Shown here piece by piece: positions 1-13,971 of a DNA stretch of 64,000 bases. The notes under the pieces were generated by a model that saw only the letters and a list, made by a program, of their open reading frames with translations, did not search any database and was not told where the DNA came from. The position numbers and the translations under genes are program-made. The first letter of the stretch is position 1; each line of letters begins with the position of its first letter. The stretch is from Chrysomallon squamiferum. Lineage: Eukaryota; Animalia; Mollusca. Location of the stretch: the NCBI GenBank assembly GCA_012295275.1, contig CM022666.1, positions 3,534,001 through 3,598,000 of the forward strand, given 5' to 3'.

Positions 1-330
1 CAGTTTTAAATTTATAAATATGTTTCAGCACAATGAATTTCTCCTTTTCATAATTTAAATATTATTGAACGTATATGGACCTTTTTTTCTTAATTTCGTT
101 TGTAATGAACTTAACTATTTAATATTCTGATATAGAATTTACCCATTTCTACATAAAACTTTTTATTTTGTAGTTGTTGTTGCATTTAATGTATTTATGA
201 AACTGATGCGTATCAAGTTTAGTACCATTAGAAAAATGGCAATGACAGGACGAACTGACTTTATTTTCCTTTAGATGCAGTCTGTGCCAAACATGATAAA
301 AATGTTATTAGTAATCAGTAATACCAAGAA
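1..330 (-). pseudogene. TNF-derived fragment (intron 1 plus TM-exon remnant, KSVRPVIAIFLMVLNLIRISF)
   Basis: Directly similar to 59620-59740 and 60015-60125. The Cys-rich stalk part is missing. Confidence 0.75.
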
Positions 331-385
331 AAAACACATACATAAATAACATTCTTTCAAAAAATATTAATAAAAGTAAAATAAT

Positions 386-431
<46 letters not shown>

Positions 432-2197
432 AGCGCGCAACAGATACTACACAAACAACAGAATGCTTTATCAAACAATTAAAATAAGACTATAGGAAAA
501 TAATGACATATCTTTCAGAAATATATATTGCCTTTTATTTCCTTTTTCGTTAACGAAATAATTTTTATATTATGTGTTAGAGACAGCTGCAGTTGAGAAG
601 ATAATAATATTGAATTGAAAACGAACACAAAATTAAGTTTCCCATAAACTGGGTATTTTTTCCGATGACGCGTTGTCCTTCAAATCACATTTTGATTGTC
701 TGTGAGAAAATATAGCCTAATGGAGAGGATGACATGCTTAGAATGAAAAATGAAAATATAATTAATAATTAAAAGTTGCACAATGTTCACAAATAAACTA
801 CGTGCATTTATTGCTGGTTGTTACTGTTGTAGTTCTTATTATTATTAATATTAAAATTGCTGTTGTCGCTCAGAGTTCAGGTGGCAAAAAAGCTCAGAAA
901 ACAACAATAAAAAACAAAACAATAATAAACAAAAAAACAAACAATACAAATAAGTCACATTTTATTATCGCGCGCGCGCGAGCGCACACACACACACACA
1001 CCGTGAGCTTTGCGACCCCTGAATAGTAGTAGCGTGAATGAAGCAGACAGAGAAATGAGATATCTCGGCAACCACACGTTAGGTAAACATTTCGCAGACA
1101 GCGAGGTCGTTGTAGGTCGAGTGAACAGGTGGACCGTGCATTTCGAACAAACTACGTCGCCTAGAAGTCAGTTGTTTACAGTGAATGAAGCAGATAGTTA
1201 AATAAGATATCAGTCTGTACATTTTTCGCGTACATTTTTCAGCAACGTCATCGTAGGCCGGACTCAGAGTGAACACGTGGGCCGCGCATTTTGTATAAGC
1301 TGCATCGCTTAGATAAGCAGCTATTTATAAACACTACTCGGGTAGGTCTACTTTTAAGTATGTGATATGAACACAATTATATAACAGCAATATTTAACTT
1401 ACTGTCTATAAGAATGCAAATTATGCTTCATAAAATAAAACTTAAATCATGTCACTGATTGGTGTATAAATGAAAAGTGAGTTGGAAAATATTCTCATTA
1501 ATTTCACTTGATATTTAAAAAAGAAAAGAAGAAAAAGAAGAAAATGATAAATGCAGATCAAGACATTTGTACTACATTTAAAGTAACTATCCAAGTAATA
1601 AAAATTATGAACATCTGACCAGAGGTAACGCTGTAGTCTTTATTTAACAACAATGACAGCAGCAAACAATACTAATTATAATGATGATGATGATAATAAT
1701 AAATTTAAAACATTAGTAGGAGTAGCAGCAGCAGCACTAATATAAATAGTAGCAGTAGTTGAAAGAATAATACTAGTAATCATGTTTATATAGTAATAAT
1801 ATAGCAGTAGTAATAATGATGAAGAAGATAGTGGTAATAAAGTTAATGATAATTATCATGATCATAATACCATTAATAATGATTATGATGATGATGGTAG
1901 TGATAATAAAATTAATAATCATAATATTTACGATTCTGAAATGCTTCTAAAAAGAAAAGTCTTATTGTTATAAAACAAAAAAATGCTTTAAATGCAGATT
2001 TGACATGAATTTTTAAATGTAACGTTTATATAAACATTTATTACTTTGACCACTTCAGTGCATGAGTACATACTGTATAAAGAAAATCCTTTTCAACTGA
2101 TCATCCACTTAACTTGTATTATTCATTATAAACTAATCAGTGAACATTTAACTTTCGTCAGTTTATTTAAATAATTATTCACTGAATACAGCTCACG

Positions 2198-2253
<56 letters not shown>

Positions 2254-2835
2254 CTCTCTCTCTCTCTCAACTTTATCTTCAAAACTGAGCATCAAAAAGG
2301 GATGCTAGGAAGCAAGGCTGCTTTGATCTGGAGATTTAAAGAAAAAAGAAAGTTAATGTAATAACTCGTGTCCAAGTGTTCAGGTGACAGGCTGGACTAA
2401 ATTCCTCGCCGACCTCTGGACTACTGCGTGACTTCTATTCACGTGTTCGGTAAGTCATACTAACCTATATATAGCAGTACTGTCACCTGCCTGGAGTTCT
2501 AGTCAAAGTTAAGGTTTGTGTACAACAATGAGGGAACTATTATCTGACGTAAATTTAGCTTTCATGAATCATTAACAAGAGTTATGGCACGCGAAATATT
2601 TGTGTGGCCTTGTAGTGATTTTATTCTGTGACCTAGAACAGACAATGACATGCGCAGTTCAGTCAGTTACGCGAGAAAATCTTAATATGTAGATAGTACT
2701 CGTACTTAATTATTGCATGACCTTATTCAGTGCAGAGTTCAGATGGAAAACAAAACACATCAAGAAAACAACAAAAACAACAAACAATAAAAAACAAAAA
2801 ACAAAACAATACAGATAAGTCACATACTGTTAGTG

Positions 2836-2867
<32 letters not shown>

Positions 2868-3830
2868 AAATATTTTTGACACTGTAATCGGATTCTTTTT
2901 ATAGTTGCCAGTATTTTGAATAACAGCATATGTTTTTTCCTGCCAAGAAGATTTCAGATGTGTAATAAATACTCATTTTATTCGGGAACTGGGCTATAAA
3001 TGGATGTTACGTCACTGAATTACTAATAGACGGATTCACAAAGTTTGAATACATTATTATTATTAAATAAGTTTGTTGTTGTTGTTCTTACTGTTGTTGA
3101 AAATGAAAACGAACAAGATCTTTCATTTTATAAAACGAAAATGAAAGAAAAATTAAAATTCAGTTTAAAACACAAAGAATTATGGAATATTAACTGTTTA
3201 GTTAAATAAATAAATAAAGTAAAATAAATAAAAAGTAAAGTGAAACAAATAAATTAATTGACAGAAAAAATTATAAAATGAAATGAAATAAAACAAATGC
3301 AGTAAAATAAACAAACAAACAAACAAATAAACAAATAATTAAATAAATCAATAAATAAATAAATAAAGTTTATATGTTAAAGATGTTCGCTGAATTCATC
3401 GGTAAATTCTAAATATATAATAATAAAAAATAAAAAAAATAAAAAAATAAAAAAAAACGCGTCGCATAACGATATCCCGCTTTAACGATCTTTTCTTTTT
3501 TACAAATTATATAAACAAAAATTTAATAATTAATTTCTTGAAATAAATGGTACAAACGGGTACAATGCATATGTTTGAGTACTGGCATCATCAGTTCTGA
3601 CAAGCGGTTTCCGAGTAAAAAAAATCGCAAATTCGCAAATTTTTCTAAAAATGTAACATTTACATTTTAATGACAATGTATCTCAACATCCACTTGACCA
3701 TTCTTGTTGAAATGAGTGTTCCTAAAAAGATACTTTGACAACGATTCCAGAAATAGTAGTGGAAATTAAACATGGGTTTTATGAATGCATATTTGTACGA
3801 TTATGATTGTGCTTGTGTATGGGTCTGTGA

Positions 3831-4250
3831 CCTTACCACTTTTTTCGGCTTTTGTATGACTTTCAGTTTTTAAAAAGAACGTTAATAACCACTTTCAAAC
3901 TTGTCCATAATAATCAATTTTAAGCACAATGAATTTCTCCTTTTCATAATTTAAATATTATTGAACGTATATGGACCTTTTTTCTTAATTTCGTTTGTAA
4001 TGAGCTTAACTATTTAATATTCTGATATAGAATTTACCTATTTCTACATACAACTTTTTATTTTGTAGTTGTTGTTGCATTTAATGTATTTATGAAACTG
4101 ATGCGTATCCAGTTTAGTACTGTAAGAGAAATGACAATGACAGGATGAACTGACTTCATTTTCCTTTAGATGCAGTCTATGCCAAACATGACAAAAATCT
4201 TATTAGTAATCAATAATACCAAGAAAAAAACACATATATAAATAACATTC
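3831..4250 (-). pseudogene. TNF-derived fragment: TM-exon remnant (MKSVHPVIVISLTVLNWIRISF) plus damaged 37-nt micro-exon
   Basis: Homologous to 59530-60125; the micro-exon has an internal deletion. Confidence 0.75.
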
Positions 4251-4288
4251 TTTCAAAAAATATTAATAAAAGTAAAATAATAATAAAA

Positions 4289-4327
<39 letters not shown>

Positions 4328-4871
4328 AGCGCGCAACAGATACTACACAAACAACAGAATACTTTATCAAACAATTAAAATAAGACTATAGGAAAATAAT
4401 GACATATCTCTCAGAAATATATATTGCGTTTCATTTCCTTTTCGTTAACGAAACGATTTTTATATTACGTGTTAGAGACAGCTGCAGTTGAGAAGATAAT
4501 AATGTTGAATTGCAAACAAATACAAAATTAAGTTTCTCATAAACTGTTGTTTTTTTTTTGCGATGACGCGTTGTCCTTCAAATCAGATTTTGATTGACGA
4601 TGAGAAAATAAAATATTATCGAGAGGATGACATGCTTAGAATCAAAACTGAACACAAAATTAATAATTAAAAGTTGCATAATGTTCACAAATAAACTACG
4701 TGCATTTATTGCTGGTTGTTACTGTTGTAGTTCTTGTTATTATTAATATTAACATTGCTGTTGTCGTTCAGAGTTCAGGTGGAAAAAACCCTCAAAAAAC
4801 AACAATAAAAAAACAACAACAAAAAACAATAATAAACAAAACAAAAAACCCCACAAATGTCACATACTGTT

Positions 4872-4902
<31 letters not shown>

Positions 4903-5549
4903 CACACACCACACACCGTGAACTATTTAAGAATATTGCCCTATATAAATCAATAAGCCTATCTACTCACTAGAGAAATAAACACAGCAGTAGTTACGAT
5001 TCACGTTAATTATTTAATTATGATATACAGGTGACTTGATAATAATACATTAAACAATCATAAAACATACGTTTAAGTAATTCTGATTAATGATACGAGA
5101 AAGGTCATACAGGGAAAGAAGACAAAATACTGGTTTCCCCGCCTGACTGATATTTCGTCTTGACTGCTTACGTCTCTCTTTAATTACCTTTGAACCTGGA
5201 ACCTTGAACAAAATTAACGTGCTAATCAGAGCAAGCACGTCTACGACAGGCAGGCTTTCTGACAGGTCAGCAGTACTTTAATTACCGAATGAATGAATGA
5301 AAAAAATAATTAACGTGCTAATCAGATCTAGCTGTTGTGAAGCACGATGTTCAATTACCAAAATACAGCTCTTTTTATAACAACGCCATTGAGTTGAAAA
5401 ATTAGCGGAAACAATAAAGGGAGAGGATGTGATTGTAGCTCTGATTGAAGTAACAAATTTGAATTCCGTGACTTTCTTAACCGCGATATTCAGTTTTTTC
5501 AAGTTGGTGTAATATCACATAATATTATACAAATGAAATAGTGAAATTG

Positions 5550-6372
5550 TAAGTGAAATTATAATTTTATATAAATATATATAATCTATGAAATAAGTGA
5601 AATTATAATTTTATATAATTATATATAATCTATGAATTAAGTGAAATTATTGTTTTATATAAATATATATAACCTATGAAATAAGTAAAACATTTTACAT
5701 ACCTAAATGATGAAATCAAGCACGTCTTCGGCGGGCACGCTTTTTGATTGGTCTCTGACTGAATGAACGAATGAAATAAAATTAACATGCTAATCAGAGT
5801 AAGCTGTTGTGAAGCACGTCTACGACGGGCTCGCTATCTGACAGGTCAGCTCTCTGACTGAACTGACAGAAGTCGCTGATTTTTATACTTGTACGACGTG
5901 CACGCTATCTCACAGGTCTCTGACTGAACTGACAGAAGTCGCTGATTTTTATACCTGCGACTTTTGAAAAGATCGTATCGTATTGTCTACCTGCTCACGC
6001 ATTCATTTTTGATTGGCTAAGAGGAAGTGTCGTCTGCTTTGTTTGAATTTATTGGTTAATTGTTTTTTCTTCTGTCGTATTTAATGATTTGCTGCATATT
6101 TCGTAGTTAACGTAATAAAATGAGCAAAGCTATTAAATGTATTGTTTATACATATTGTTCGTAAATAAATTACATATTATAGTAGTTATTGCTATAATAG
6201 TAGTAGTTGTTGTTGTAGTTGTGGTAGTAGTAGTAGTTGTTATTGTTGTTGCGGCTGTTTTTGTCATTATTGTTAAATAAAGAGTACAGCGTAACTTCTA
6301 TTCCTGTGTCAACTAAGCCATAAACAACAAAAGGAAAACATGTAGTCTGTGTATCACACAGTGGAAAGTTCC
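5550..6372 (-). promoter_or_regulatory. Paralogous copy of the TNF promoter / non-coding first exon
   Basis: Homologous to 60480-61186. On the minus strand: GGAACTTTCC (6363-6372), CCAAT (~6011) beside a + strand GGAAGT, two TATAAAA plus TCAGT(Inr) modules (~5860-5890 and ~5925-5953), and donor TTAG|gtatgt (~5702). Confidence 0.6.
5551..5690. repeat. 44-bp tandem repeat x3 (aagtgaaattataattttatataaatatatataatctatgaaat); ~4 units at 60480-60655 in the TNF 5'UTR intron
   Basis: Unit starts at 5551, 5595, 5639. Confidence 0.85.
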
Positions 6373-7219
6373 AGCCCGGATTTGTCATCTTACACGTAAT
6401 CGGGATAAATAACTGTAGTCATCCATTTATTATTACAGGGCCAGGAATATAAAATGTCTCAGAAATATCCCCCTATGACGGAAGAATCTTCTGCTTGCAA
6501 ACGAAAAAAGTCACAATTTTATATATAAGAAAATGTATGGATTTATAGAGTATTGAATGAGGCTTCATAGTCTACTTGGGTTAATTGTTAAGCTTACTGA
6601 TTAGGTCAGTTAGGTTAGATTAAAGAAAGAGGTTTCATACTGTGCAGGGGTGGTGACTTGTTACACTTATTAATTAGGCAGGATTAAAGAAAGAGTCTTC
6701 ATATTGTGCAGGGGTGATGCTTGGGTCCAGCTCACTGATTAGAATAGATTTAAACTAAGAGCTTCCTGTTGTAAATGATTTATAAAATGTTCCATGTTAA
6801 AATGTGTTTGACTATATATTCTCCAGCTTGCTCTAGTATCAGAAGTATGTTTAATATGGAAGTTATTCATAGCAATATTGATGGTAATAAAATCTGTTAT
6901 ACTGCGACAGAGTGTCTTCGTGATATTGGATGGAACATCAGACTAAAACATCATCTTTATAATCAAAGAACATTAAGACGTTGAAAAATAACGCGTGTCC
7001 CTTTGCTTTTTCATAAACGATTTTTTGTTTGTTTCCAGGGTAACGGTCGTTGTCCAGTGAACGCACTGTGTAACTAGTTATGTAGATGTTTTCTCATCTG
7101 TATTAACTTGTATTTGATTGTGGTGACAGATTACATGTGGGTTTTTGTGTTTGTGGCTGTGTATAAAATAAATGTGTATGTTTGAGTGTATGTTTATATT
7201 TGTGTTTGTGTATGTGTCT

Positions 7220-7680
7220 GTGTTAACTTATTACTTTTCTCGGCTTTTGTATGACTTTCTCTCAGTTTCTAAAAAGAATGTTAATAACCACTTTGAAACT
7301 CGTCCATAATAATCAAGTTTAAATTAATAAATATGTTTCAGTACAATGAATTTCTCCTTTTCATAATACAGATATCAGATTATTAAACGTATATGGATCT
7401 TTCTTCTTAATTTCGTTTGTATTGAACTTAACTATTTAATATTTTTATATAGAATTTACCCATTTCTACATACAACTTTTTTGCTGTTGTTGTTGTTGCA
7501 TTTAATGTATTTACGAAACTGATGCTTATCAAGTTTAGTACTATAAGAGAACTGGCAATGACCGGACGAACTGACTTCATTTTCCTTTAGATGCAGTCTG
7601 TGCCAAACATAATAAAAATGTTATTAGTAATCAGTAATACTGAGATAAAGAGACACACATAAACAACATTCTTTCAAAAA
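7220..7680 (-). pseudogene. TNF-derived fragment: open 40-codon mini-exon 7580-7460 plus micro-exon with lost donor
   Basis: MKSVRPVIASSLIVLNLISISFVNTLNATTTTAKKLYVEM then G|gtaaat. Homologous to TNF exons 1 and 2. Confidence 0.75.
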
Positions 7681-9469
7681 ATATCAATATAATATAAAGT
7701 AAAATAATAAATAAAACCACACACACACACGCACAGAAAAGCGTGGAAGAGATACTACACAAACAACAGAATATTGTTTCAAACAATTAAAATAAGACAA
7801 AAAGAAAATAATTACATATCTTGCGAAAATATGTATTACCTTCTACTACCTTTTCTTTACATAAATGATTTATTATTAGAAGATTATAATATTGTATTGA
7901 AAACAAACAGAAAAACAAAAAAAACTTTAGAAATGGGGGATTTTTTCGATGACGCAATGTCACTCAGATAACATTTTGGTTGGATATGAGACAAAAGCAG
8001 GGTGCAACCTTTTGCACAGAGGAGGCCAGTCAGGCATGCAATGTTTTCCAATGAAGTAGACAGACATTTAATATATCGTAACAGTCACAAATTAGATCAA
8101 CATTTCACAATATTAAGTCATTGTAGGTCACAGGGACTCAGAGTAAATACGTGGGCCGTGCATTGTGTTTATCAGCTGAGTCTCTTAGAAACAAGCTGTT
8201 TATAAACACTGCTCGGGTAGAATTACTTTTAAAGATAATGAATGAACTGGAGTTTATACAAAAAATGCCAAATGAACAATTATTGTTAGAGTCGGGTTTT
8301 TCAGTTAGCAAAGCAAACAGACATTGAAGACAGCATAATTATTAAAACTTAATCATGATACATGTGTGTGTAAATGTGCATGTATGTAGGTGTATCTATA
8401 TAAGTATGTGATATGAACATGGTTATATAACAGCAATAGTTAACATACTGTCTATAAAGTATACAAATTATGCTGCATAAAATAAAACTTAAATCATGTC
8501 ACTGACAGGTGTATAAGTGAAAAGTAAGTTGAAAAATATTCTCATTAATTTCACTTGATATTTAAAAAAGAAAAGAAGAAAAAGAAGAAAATGATAAATG
8601 CAGATCAAGACATTTGTACTACATTTAAAGTAACTATCCAAGTAATAAAAATCATGAACAGGTGACCAGAGGTATCGCTGTAGTCTTTATTTAACAACAA
8701 CGACAGCAGCAAACAATACTAATTATAATGATGATGATGATGATGATAAATTTAATAAATTAGTAGTAGTAGCAGCAGCACTAATACAAATAGCAGGAGT
8801 AGTAGAAAGAATAGTACTAGAAATATAGCAGATGTGTAATAAATACTCATTTTTAATGTCTAGCTAGGTGGGTTCATTAGTTAGGCAACATCTTTTATTT
8901 TATAAAACGAAAAATAAAGAAAAATTAAAATTCAGTTTAAAACACAAAGAATTATGAAATATTAACTGTTTAGTTAAATAAATAAAGTAAAATACCTAAA
9001 ATAAATAAAATGTGATAAAAAGTAAAGTGAAATAAATAAATTAATTAGCAGAAAAAAAATTATTAAATGAATCAATAAATAAATAAATAAAGTTTATAGC
9101 TGATGTTTGCTTAATTCATCGATAAACTTTTTCACCTTTTACGCTCAATTCATCGATAAATTATAAATATATAATTATATAAATATCCCGCTTTAACGAT
9201 CTTTTCTTATTTACAAATTATATAAATTAAAATGTAATACTTAATTTCTTAAAATAAATGGTGCAAACGGGTACAATGCATATGTTTTAGTCCGTTTTTC
9301 ATTCAGTCACGCGCTAAAGCTTCTCTCAGCTGTGTTGATCAGTTGACACACAGACGTCACACGTGCATGTGGTGTTCAGATTCTCTCTTCTCTTCTGCTT
9401 CCATTTAGACTTAACTCTTTTATAATTTACTTTTCCAATATGTCAAAACCAATTTGTGCTTGTGTTTGT

Positions 9470-9870
9470 GTTAATTTACCACTTTTCTCAGCTTTTCTAT
9501 GACTTTCACTCACTTTCTAAAAAGAATGTTAATAACCAATTTAAAACTCGTCTATTATAATCAATTTTAAAGTTATAAATATTTTTCAGCACAATCAATT
9601 TCTCCTTTTCATAATTTAAATATTATTAAACGCATATGGATATTTTTTCTTAATTTTGTTTGTAATGAACTTAACTATTTAATATTTTTATATAGAATTT
9701 ACCTATTTCATCACAAAACGTTTTTTTTGTTGTTGCATTTAATGTATTTATAAAACAGATGAGTATCGAGTTTAGTATTTCATTTTCTTTTAGATACAGT
9801 CTGTGTCAAACAAGATTAAAATGTTCTTAATACCATGATAAAGACACACACATAAATAACATTATTTCAA
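9470..9870 (-). pseudogene. TNF-derived fragment (micro-exon plus partly deleted TM exon)
   Basis: ttaccacttttctcagcttttctatgactttcactcactttctaaaaag matches 59535-59583. Confidence 0.7.
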
Positions 9871-11796
9871 GAAATAAATGTAAAATAATAAATAAAACCA
9901 CACACACACACACACAAAACCGGGCAACATATACTATACAAACAGCAGAATATTTTTCAAATAGTTACAATAAGACTATAGGAAAAATATATACTGCCTT
10001 TTTTCTTTATTTTCGTTAATGAAATGATTTTTATATTATCTTTTAAAGACAGCTGAACTTTAGAAGATAATAATATTGAATTGAAAACAAACAGAAAATT
10101 AATTTTCCCATAAACTGTTGTTTTATTTCCGATAACGCGTTGTCCTTCAAATCATATTTTGATTTGCTCTGAGAAAATATAACCTCATGGATAGGATGAC
10201 ATGCTTAGAATCAAAACTGAAAACAAAATTAATAATTAAAGGTTGAAGAATGTTCATAAATAAATTACGTGCATTTATTGCTGGCTGTTGCTGTTGTAGT
10301 TCTTGTTGTTGTTAATATTAACACTGCTGTTGTCATTCAGATGGGAAAAAGAGCGCAAAAAACAACAATTAAAAACAAAAAAACAACAATAATAAACAAA
10401 AAACAAACAATACAAATAAGTCACATACTATTAGCGCACGCACGCACGCACACACTCGCACATACACACACTCACACTTACACACACACACACACTCCGT
10501 GATCTATTTAAGAATATTTTCCTGAGTTGTTTTTATGATAGAAACTACGCCAAGAACCTGTGATCTACATGCAAGAACAGAAACATGGAACCACAAAGGT
10601 GACAGCTGACTTCTAATCTCAAGTATTTTATCATGTTTTAATCAACCATACTTCAACAGTCTAACCCTAAATAAATGAACAAAAGATTAATCCAGAATAT
10701 CTGTATTATCTGATTTCAAATGCCCAATGCAGTATAAAAGGGGTCAGGAAGCTTTTGGAGAGAGGTTATCAGACAGCTATGCGGTGTTTTGGAGGAGGGT
10801 CAAGTTAATGTAATAATTGGTGTCTGACCAAGCTTTGCCGACCCCTGAACAGTAGTAGCGTGAATGAAGCAGACAGAGAAATGAGGTCACACGTTAGATA
10901 AATATTTCACAGACAGCGAGGTCACGTTACCTGTTCATTTTTCCGGGACTTTCCAAACAGCTATTTATAAACACTGCACGGGTACTTTTAAGTATGTGAT
11001 ATGAACATGGTTATATAACAGCAATATTTAACTTACTGTCTATAAAGTATACAAATTATCCTTCATAAAATAAAAATTAAATCATGTCACTGACTGGTGT
11101 ATAAGTGAAAAATGAGTCGAAAAATATTTTCATTAATTTTACTTGATATTTAAAAAAGAAAAGAAGAAAATGATAAATGCAGATCAAGACATTTGTACTA
11201 CATTTAAAGTAACTATCCAAGTAATACAAATTACGAACAAGTGACCAGAGTTAAACAATACTAATTATAATGATGTTGATGATGATGATGATGATGAATT
11301 TAATAAATTAGTAGTAGTAGCAGCCGCAGTACTAATATAAATAGTAGGAGTAGTAGAAAGAATAATAGCAGTAATCATGATTATATAGTAATAATATAGC
11401 AGTAGTAATAATGATGAAGATGATAGTGGTAATAAAGTTAATGATAAATATGATAGTCGTAATAAAATTAATAATCATGATGATGATGACAGACATAATA
11501 AAATTAATAATCATAATATTTACGATTCTGAAATGCTTCTAAAAAGAAAAGTCTTATTGTGATAAAACAAAAAAATGCTTTAAATATATTGTTTATTATT
11601 CAGATTTTACATGAAATTTTAAATGTAACATATATATAAACATTTATTACTCTGGTAATTTCAATGCATGAGTACATAGTGTATAAAGAACACTTAATTT
11701 GTATTACTCATTACTCATTTAACTTTCATCAGTCAATTTATATAGAACACCAGTAATATTTAAATATTTATTCACTGAATACAGCACACATTCATT

Positions 11797-11874
<78 letters not shown>

Positions 11875-12609
11875 AATAATTTTACAAAATGTCTAATCGA
11901 TAATGAATTAGATTTTTTTTCACAATTTCAGGTTTATCTTGTTAGAAAATTTAAAAAAAAGAAGAAAAAAAGCTGACGAGTATTCTTAAACTAAACTAAT
12001 CAACAGTGTCATAATAATAATAAGAAGAAGAAGAAGAAGAAGGATAATAATGATAATAACAATGATGATGATGATGTTGACGATGATGATGACGACAAGA
12101 ATTATAATAAACGTAATTTTATTATTGATTACAGCAGTAGCACTAGCTGCAGAAGTCGCAGCAGTAGTAGTAGTAGTAGTATCAATCAATACAAAATAAA
12201 GCATATAAATCATTCCATTTAATTCATCATGGTTTTGTTCGCATAACTATTTAAGTTTTAAAAAAACGCCGCTCCTTATTATTTTTTTTTTTTTTTAAAT
12301 TATTCCCTTTAATAGCTGATAATTCTAGACTTTTCTAGACTGGTCACAGTTCGGTCTTTGGTCCCTTTTCCATTACGTAATAGAACAGAGGCTAGTGACT
12401 TGGAGAAGTCTACGTTTTTATGACTCATAAATTACGTACATGTCGACAGGCTGCTGCATATGAACTGAATAGTTTGTTAATTCGACTGTATTTTTATATT
12501 CGCACTGGCTACAAAATACAAATAGTATGCGTGGAAAATAGCAATTATTATAATGAGCACCCCCCACCCCCTCGAGTTATAGATATGGTTTTCAAGCAAC
12601 AACCAAGTA

Positions 12610-12661
<52 letters not shown>

Positions 12662-12823
12662 CACACCCAAACCCACCCATGCCCTTCCCTCACTCTTTCT
12701 ATGTGATTTCGTGCGATATGGTAAACGATTGTAGTTTCGATCCCGCCTCCTTCTGCACGAAACAAATCGTTCGTTGGTTCTCAGTTCGCATTTTATCCTT
12801 TTGTCTTTCTCTCTTTTCCCCCA

Positions 12824-12910
<87 letters not shown>

Positions 12911-13656
12911 TACTGCTTAACTCTGAACTCTTGTTGAGATATAATACTTGTTACATAACTGAAACTGGGTCATCACAGACGTTAGAGTTCGCCAGGGAAA
13001 TAAAAATTACCGACATCATGCACGAACATACTTATGATGGCACGTAAACAGCGTTTGATAACAGAGTACTTAAAGATACAGCCGTATCATGTGACTGCAC
13101 CGTATTGTTATTTTCAAATATTTGTTTCCGTCAGAAACTTTGTAAACAGACAGTTATTTTATTTTATCTTTATTTATTACTTTTTAAAATTGCATTCAAA
13201 ACATTATAACCATAAACAAGAGCGAAAAGTCTGTAATAATAGCAGAAGTAAAAACTCAATAATGGTGGTAATAAAATGTTGATAATGACGATGACAATAA
13301 ATAAATATTAAAATTTATTAATGGCGGTAATAAAATAACAATAATAACAAAAAGAAGAAGTTGATGATGATGATGGTGTTAATGATGATGACAGTGACGA
13401 TGGTGAAATAAAGAAAACCATTTTAATTGTTTCTCACAAAATGTTGGCCCCATCGAAAGCACCAATGGTACAAAAAATTCAGTAAAAGCGATTCGTTAAA
13501 TTTATTTGTTAAAATATATTTTTGACACATTAAGGGAGCCACATAATAACTTATTCAATGAGAGATAATACAAGCTTATTTCAAATCATATTAAAACCAT
13601 CATCCGTTGACTCATATGTATTACCGTTCGGACTTCGCTACTTGTATGAACAATAG

Positions 13657-13971
13657 TCAGTTCCTCGCACTTAGCTTGACCTTTGTAATGGCCATCATCG
13701 GCCATGACCTTGGTTTTTATATTGCCATTCCGCAGTTACAATATCAGGCGTTCCATTGGCCCGTTCTTCATTCCGAAATCCGCCGACTGTTCTCGAACAG
13801 TTCCGAGGAACAATGTTGATAACAGTCAGCTGATACATCTTTGTTGGTTCTTTGTTGTGCAATTCGGTATTAGCAGTCACGCTAGAATTGCGCTGTAAAT
13901 TTATATCTTTTATGGGGAAAACCTGTATGAATGTGATCGGAAAGCCCAGTCTTGTGATGAGAGCAAGAAAG
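13657..13971 (+). other. Candidate non-coding first exon of the SLC16 gene
   Basis: TCAGTT Inr-like motif at 13657, locally higher GC/CpG, and a strong donor AAG|gtaagg at 13971/13972. The first coding exon has an acceptor 13 nt before its ATG, implying an upstream exon. Confidence 0.5.

Noticed and set aside
5050-5502. Minus-strand peptides with faint FLYWCH-like motifs (TQWRCYKKSC, SQAGKP)
   Set aside because: Too short and fragmentary to support a call without an HMM search.
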